From assembly GCA_048772705.1 (NCBI GenBank), contig JBLWGC010000074.1, positions 1 through 43,501 on the forward strand: 43,501 nt of DNA, given 5' to 3'. The translations under genes were made by a program, and so were the position numbers. Numbering within the stretch: position 1 is the first letter of the stretch; every line of letters begins with the position of its first letter. Positions 39,840 to 43,501 of this stretch are shown piece by piece. Source of the DNA: Leidyana gryllorum EB-2025a (Eukaryota > Protista > Apicomplexa). Below the pieces are notes generated by a model. It saw only the letters and a program-made list of their open reading frames with translations, was not told the DNA's origin and ran no database searches.

Positions 39840-39911
39840 TGTCCAAGCCAGGAATCGAGCCTGGGTTTGCACGGCCACAACGTGCTGTCCTAACCACTAG
39901 ACGACTCGGAC
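39840..39911 (-). tRNA. trnH: tRNA-His(GTG), T54>C
   Basis: GCACG-TTGTGGC-CGTGC, stems pair. Confidence 0.8.
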
Positions 39912-40157
39912 AAATCTTTGAGCGAGGCTGTAGAGGTAGCGAAGCATCGATCAGGATGGGATGGAACAGCCACTCCTCAACTTCGGGTGGGACGGAATTG
40001 ACTCGTGGAATATCTGATGCCACCACTACAGTCAGATACGTTACCATCTCAGCACCCCGGGCCGTAAGAGTACTTCGGGGTGGCACACCGCAGCCAGAAC
40101 GACATCGGCGGTCGCAACGGAAGCCATTAACACTCTGGAACTCAGAAGGAAAGTAAT

Positions 40158-40241
40158 GCACAGATGCCCGAGTGGTCTAAGGGGCCAGACTCAAGTTCTG
40201 GTAGGCGCAAGTCTGCATGGGTTCGAATCCCATTCTGTGCA
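40158..40241 (+). tRNA. trnL: tRNA-Leu(CAA)
   Basis: Intact. Confidence 0.92.
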
Positions 40242-40515
40242 ACGGCGATCATCCCCAAAAAAAGCTGGAAAAGACCGCAGTCGGTTGCATGCACCCGAGT
40301 ATTCGGCTGTTGCTCTGCTGGTATGATCCTTCCTCAGAGTGGAAGGAGTCCTGGGTTCGATTCCAGAACAGCCCTATTGGTCGTCGTTTGACTTGACCGG
40401 ACATGTTGCCCTCAGAACCAACACAGCCACCTCGTTAGCCCGCTTCGGTAGGGCAGTCAGGGCAACTAACATCTCGAAAATCACATGTCGGCTACCTCTT
40501 CCATGTTGCAGACTG

Positions 40516-40587
40516 AGCAGTGTAGCTCAGTGGAAGAGTGTTAGGCTCATAACGCAAAAGTCCGTCGATCGAAACGCCGCACTGCTA
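40516..40587 (+). pseudogene. trnM: initiator tRNA-Met pseudogene
   Basis: Anticodon-stem lesions. Confidence 0.7.
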
Positions 40588-40837
40588 AGTGTGCGCAGAA
40601 GGGAACAGTCGCAGGATAGATTGGCTCGTGAGCCAAGCCTGCTGCCCGAATCGAACCGGCGACCTTTCACTTACTAAGCGAATGCTCTGCCCCAAGCTAA
40701 GAAGGCAATGTTAACTGGACATCACGCGTGAGGAGCCCCTATTGACGGAAGTCACTGAAGCACATTGTTCCACCACTCAACACTCCCACTGCTCCACCCA
40801 CCGGCAAATAGGGTGTAACTAAGTTGAGAGCTTCCTT

Positions 40838-40910
40838 GGCGCCCTAGCTCAGTCGGTAGAGCGCAAGACTTTTAATCTTGCAGTCGCGGGTTCGAGCCCC
40901 GCGGGCGGTG
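40838..40910 (+). tRNA. trnK: tRNA-Lys(TTT), C2>G mismatch
   Basis: Loop CTTTTAA on the Lys-CTT body. Confidence 0.78.
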
Positions 40911-41288
40911 CAAATCAATGTCTCTGGGAGTAGGAATGGAACCGTTGCCTACAAGCACACTCTGCTGGATTTCCACTGCCGGAAATTGAACCTGGAGCGT
41001 GCGGGTGAGAGCCGCATATCCTAGCCACTTAGACTAAAGTGGACAACTTCCTCAGCTGCAGCTTTGGACGGAAGCCGTACCATCTTCAGATGAGATGGAG
41101 CGTCGGGTCAACCGACAAGCAACGGGGCTGTTCTGGGAATCGAACCCAGGACTTCTTCCACCCGAAGAAAGCATCATACCACTAGACCAAACAGCCCCCT
41201 GTGGGTGCCTCAGGTACTCGCAGGTTCCAAACCTGCGGCTTCGTGGCTAAGAGACTTACCGCTTGCAGGTGCCCTGTCGATGCAGTCG

Positions 41289-41360
41289 AGCCTTCTGCCG
41301 GAATCGAACCAGCGACCTTTCGCTCACTAAGCGAATGCTCTGCCCCTCAGCTAAGAAGGC
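41289..41360 (-). pseudogene. trnT: tRNA-Thr(AGT), variant
   Basis: A37>G and D-arm change. Confidence 0.65.
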
Positions 41361-41435
41361 AATGCAAGCCGAAGATTACAAATCAGTCACTATTGACGGA
41401 GATTACTGGAGCACTTTGCTCGAGTAGTCCAATGA

Positions 41436-41508
41436 CTTCCACTGCCGGGACTCGAACCCGGATCGTGCGGGTGAATGCCGCATATCCTAGCCACTCAGCC
41501 TACAGTGG
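41436..41508 (-). pseudogene. trnE: tRNA-Glu(TTC), U33>A
   Basis: Glu body. Confidence 0.65.
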
Positions 41509-41845
41509 ACTATTTGCCGAGTTGAGACTTCAGATGAGAGCCGTGCCACATTGAAAGGAGGTGGAAGTGGTTGAGCGAGTGAACTTCACACCTTCTCAGT
41601 CCGGCCCTTAGTGGCTCAAATTCAGCAGTCAGTTGTCATGCCCTGTGAAAATCGCTGTGGCTGAGGGTCACAGACTCCTCATCTGGGTCGAAACATGCAT
41701 TTCATTGGTGGGGCGCGTCTGCTCATGTCTCAGCGCGTGCTGCAGCCTCTGTCAAGTTCTCAGCTGCACCTGTGGTCGAAGGGTAAGACGTGACCCCTTC
41801 AAGGTGGTGGGTTCTGGCAGCTGGAGACGAAGATTCCAGATAGTT

Positions 41846-41918
41846 TGGACGACCTGGGTATCGATCCCAGTACCTCTCGCATGCTAAGCGAGCGCTCTAC
41901 CATTTGAGCTAGCCGCCC
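41846..41918 (-). tRNA. trnA: tRNA-Ala(AGC)
   Basis: Intact, G3:U70. Confidence 0.9.
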
Positions 41919-41978
41919 ACAGCCACAACATGGAAGAGCTATTGCATTGAGTAGCTGACCGGATGACAATACAACAGT

Positions 41979-42058
41979 TGACAAGAGTGGGATTCGAACT
42001 CACGCCCTTTCGGATTGCGGCCTTAACACAGCGCCTTAGACCACTCGGCCACCGTGCC
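41979..42058 (-). pseudogene. trnL: tRNA-Leu(AAG), stem mismatches
   Basis: Loop TTAAGGC. Confidence 0.65.
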
Positions 42059-42345
42059 GGAGTGCTCTTGGCTCGCCGCTTTACACGTTTTCTGTTCGGC
42101 GAGTCAAAATAGAAAGACTGCTGGGATTGGAGGCCGGCGTGTATTTCCGCCTGTCACGCGGAAGACCAGGGCTCGTTTCGCGGTCTCGGAGCAAAGTTGA
42201 TTTCGCTTAGGATTGTTTCCTTTGGTTCTCGAAGCGGTTAGTATTTCCGCCTATTACGCGGAAGACCAGGGTCGATTCCCGGTCTCGGAGCACAGTTGGT
42301 TGCGCTTAGGATTGTTTCCTTTGGATCTCGCTGAAAGTTGCGAGC

Positions 42346-42418
42346 TACAGCCACCGAGGATCGACCTCGGGACCTTCTGCGTGTTAAGCAGACGTCGTAA
42401 CCACTAGACCATGGCTGC
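42346..42418 (-). tRNA. trnV: tRNA-Val(AAC), T54>G
   Basis: Loop TTAACAC. Confidence 0.75.
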
Positions 42419-42569
42419 ACGGAGCTTCCGAACTGTGAGAGGGGCGTGTGTTTCTGGGAACACACATATCATGAGGAGCCTGATTGTCATCTACCGACCT
42501 GTAGCCTCACAGAAATGGGCCGGGCTGGAGTAGTACTCATTACTTTGTGGTCAGGAATGGAAGTGTCAC

Positions 42570-42640
42570 GCATCTGTGGTCTAGTGGTAGAATGTGTCGT
42601 TGCCACCGAGACGACCCAGGTTCGCTTCCCGGCAGATGCA
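42570..42640 (+). pseudogene. trnG: tRNA-Gly(GCC), degenerate
   Basis: A58>C, stem mismatches. Confidence 0.65.
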
Positions 42641-42689
42641 GAGGAGATGGCACAAGGTTGATTGTGTCTGACCCTCCAATCACACCACA

Positions 42690-42771
42690 CGACAACTGCT
42701 GGATTTGAACCAGCGCGGGCCAGGCCCAGTAGATTTCTAGTCTACCCCCTTAACCACTCGGGCAAGTTGCC
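42690..42771 (-). tRNA. trnS: tRNA-Ser(AGA)
   Basis: Intact. Confidence 0.92.
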
Positions 42772-43075
42772 GCTGTCGAATTTGGCATTTTGCGGCCAGT
42801 GGCTTCACATACGGTTCAGCGAGCTATACTAGGACTGCTCGCTCCGCACGAAGCCGCGGTTCTCCCATCAAACGTCTTGCGCGCCACCGACGGAGTTGGG
42901 GCGGCAAGGAAGCTCGCCCTGTACCTGGGGAAAACCCAAGATCCCACGATCAATACAAATGGAATTGGTTACTAAGTCCGAATCTGTATCAGAGATCCAC
43001 TCACTTGATCACGCCGACATTCCATATTTTCCAAGACGGTACGGCTCTCGTCCAAAGCCTCAACTCGGGCACTTG

Positions 43076-43148
43076 TCCCCTGTAGTCTAAGTGGCTAGGA
43101 TATGCGGCTCTCACCCGCACGATCCGGGTTCAAGTCCCGGCAGTGGAA
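43076..43148 (+). tRNA. trnE: tRNA-Glu(CTC), acceptor mismatch
   Basis: Glu body. Confidence 0.75.
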
Positions 43149-43216
43149 GCTACTGGAGCACAGTGCTCCAGCAATCCCCGTCAATAGTGACTGATTCTTG
43201 ATCTTCGGCCTGGATT

Positions 43217-43288
43217 GCCTTCTTAGCTTAGGGGCAGAGCATCCGCTTAGTAAGCGAGAAGTCGCCGGTTCGATTCCGGCTGAAGGCT
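43217..43288 (+). pseudogene. trnT: tRNA-Thr(AGT), stem mismatches
   Basis: Thr body. Confidence 0.65.
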
Positions 43289-43501
43289 CGACTGCATCGA
43301 CTGGGTACCGGCAAGCTGCTCGCAAACTCCAATAATCGTAGCTCAGCCATCAGAGGTAAGTCTCTCAGCCACGAAGTGGCAGGTTTGGAATTTGCCAGTA
43401 CCTGAGGCACCCACAGGGGGCTGTTTGGTCCAGTTATATGATTCTTTCTTTGGCTGGAAGAAGTCCTGGGTTCAATGCCACGTCTCTCCAAGGTCGGCTA
43501 T

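Larger units (their letters stand above)
85..43475. repeat. Mosaic tRNA gene/pseudogene array (~200 tRNA-derived units, all 20 amino acids)
   Basis: Cloverleafs with A/B boxes every ~200 bp on both strands; the same gene bodies and flanks recur throughout. Confidence 0.97.

Noticed and set aside
32-43491. The many 60-190 aa ORFs in the six-frame track
   Set aside because: They are translations of tRNA sense or antisense sequence (GSIPG, GIEP, RTRV motifs), often start at non-ATG codons, recur with the repeats and show no protein-family features
1-43501. CRISPR array or integron-like cassette array
   Set aside because: The repeats are 71-84 nt tRNA cloverleafs in both orientations, the spacers are themselves repeated, and no cas or integrase gene is present
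1-43501. Bacterial, phage or organellar tRNA array
   Set aside because: Eukaryotic initiator Met, A34 anticodons for Thr/Ser/Pro/Ala/Val/Ile, C1-G72 Tyr with a 37/38 intron, no encoded CCA, mixed strands
1-43501. tRNA-derived SINE family
   Set aside because: No common tail, poly-A or TSDs around modules; the Tyr intron is retained; neighbours duplicate together as DNA blocks
1-43501. tRNA-Sec, 5S rRNA, U6 snRNA or spliced-leader genes
   Set aside because: I saw no TCA-anticodon long-acceptor tRNA and no recognisable 5S, U6 or dinoflagellate-type SL motif by eye; an Rfam scan is needed to exclude them

Overview
This window is a dense mosaic array of eukaryotic cytosolic-type tRNA genes and tRNA pseudogenes or fragments, and I found no credible protein-coding gene in it. 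My hand count is on the order of 200 tRNA-derived units, about one per 200 bp, on both strands. All 20 amino acids plus initiator Met are represented, although the best Trp, Cys, His and Lys-TTT copies each carry a defect. The array is built from tRNA-plus-flank modules that recur in a semi-conserved order and are reshuffled by 0.3-1.6 kb direct and inverted duplications, deletions and micro-inversions. The eukaryotic assignment rests on the initiator Met (A1-U72, T-loop ATCGAAA), A34 anticodons, an intron-containing Tyr and the lack of encoded CCA. The Asp gene resembles apicomplexan/myzozoan tRNA-Asp as I remember it, which I cannot verify here. Notable points are: almost no oligo-T Pol III terminators; a 7-nt Tyr intron; isoacceptors that share one body and differ at the wobble base; anticodon-switched copies (an intact Met body with GAT, a degenerate Gln body with CTA, a Lys body with TTC); a 602-bp solo LTR with a 5-bp target-site duplication plus a truncated second copy; and window ends that join almost head-to-tail. 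Coordinates were read by eye, so repeat boundaries are approximate and many short fragments are not listed.
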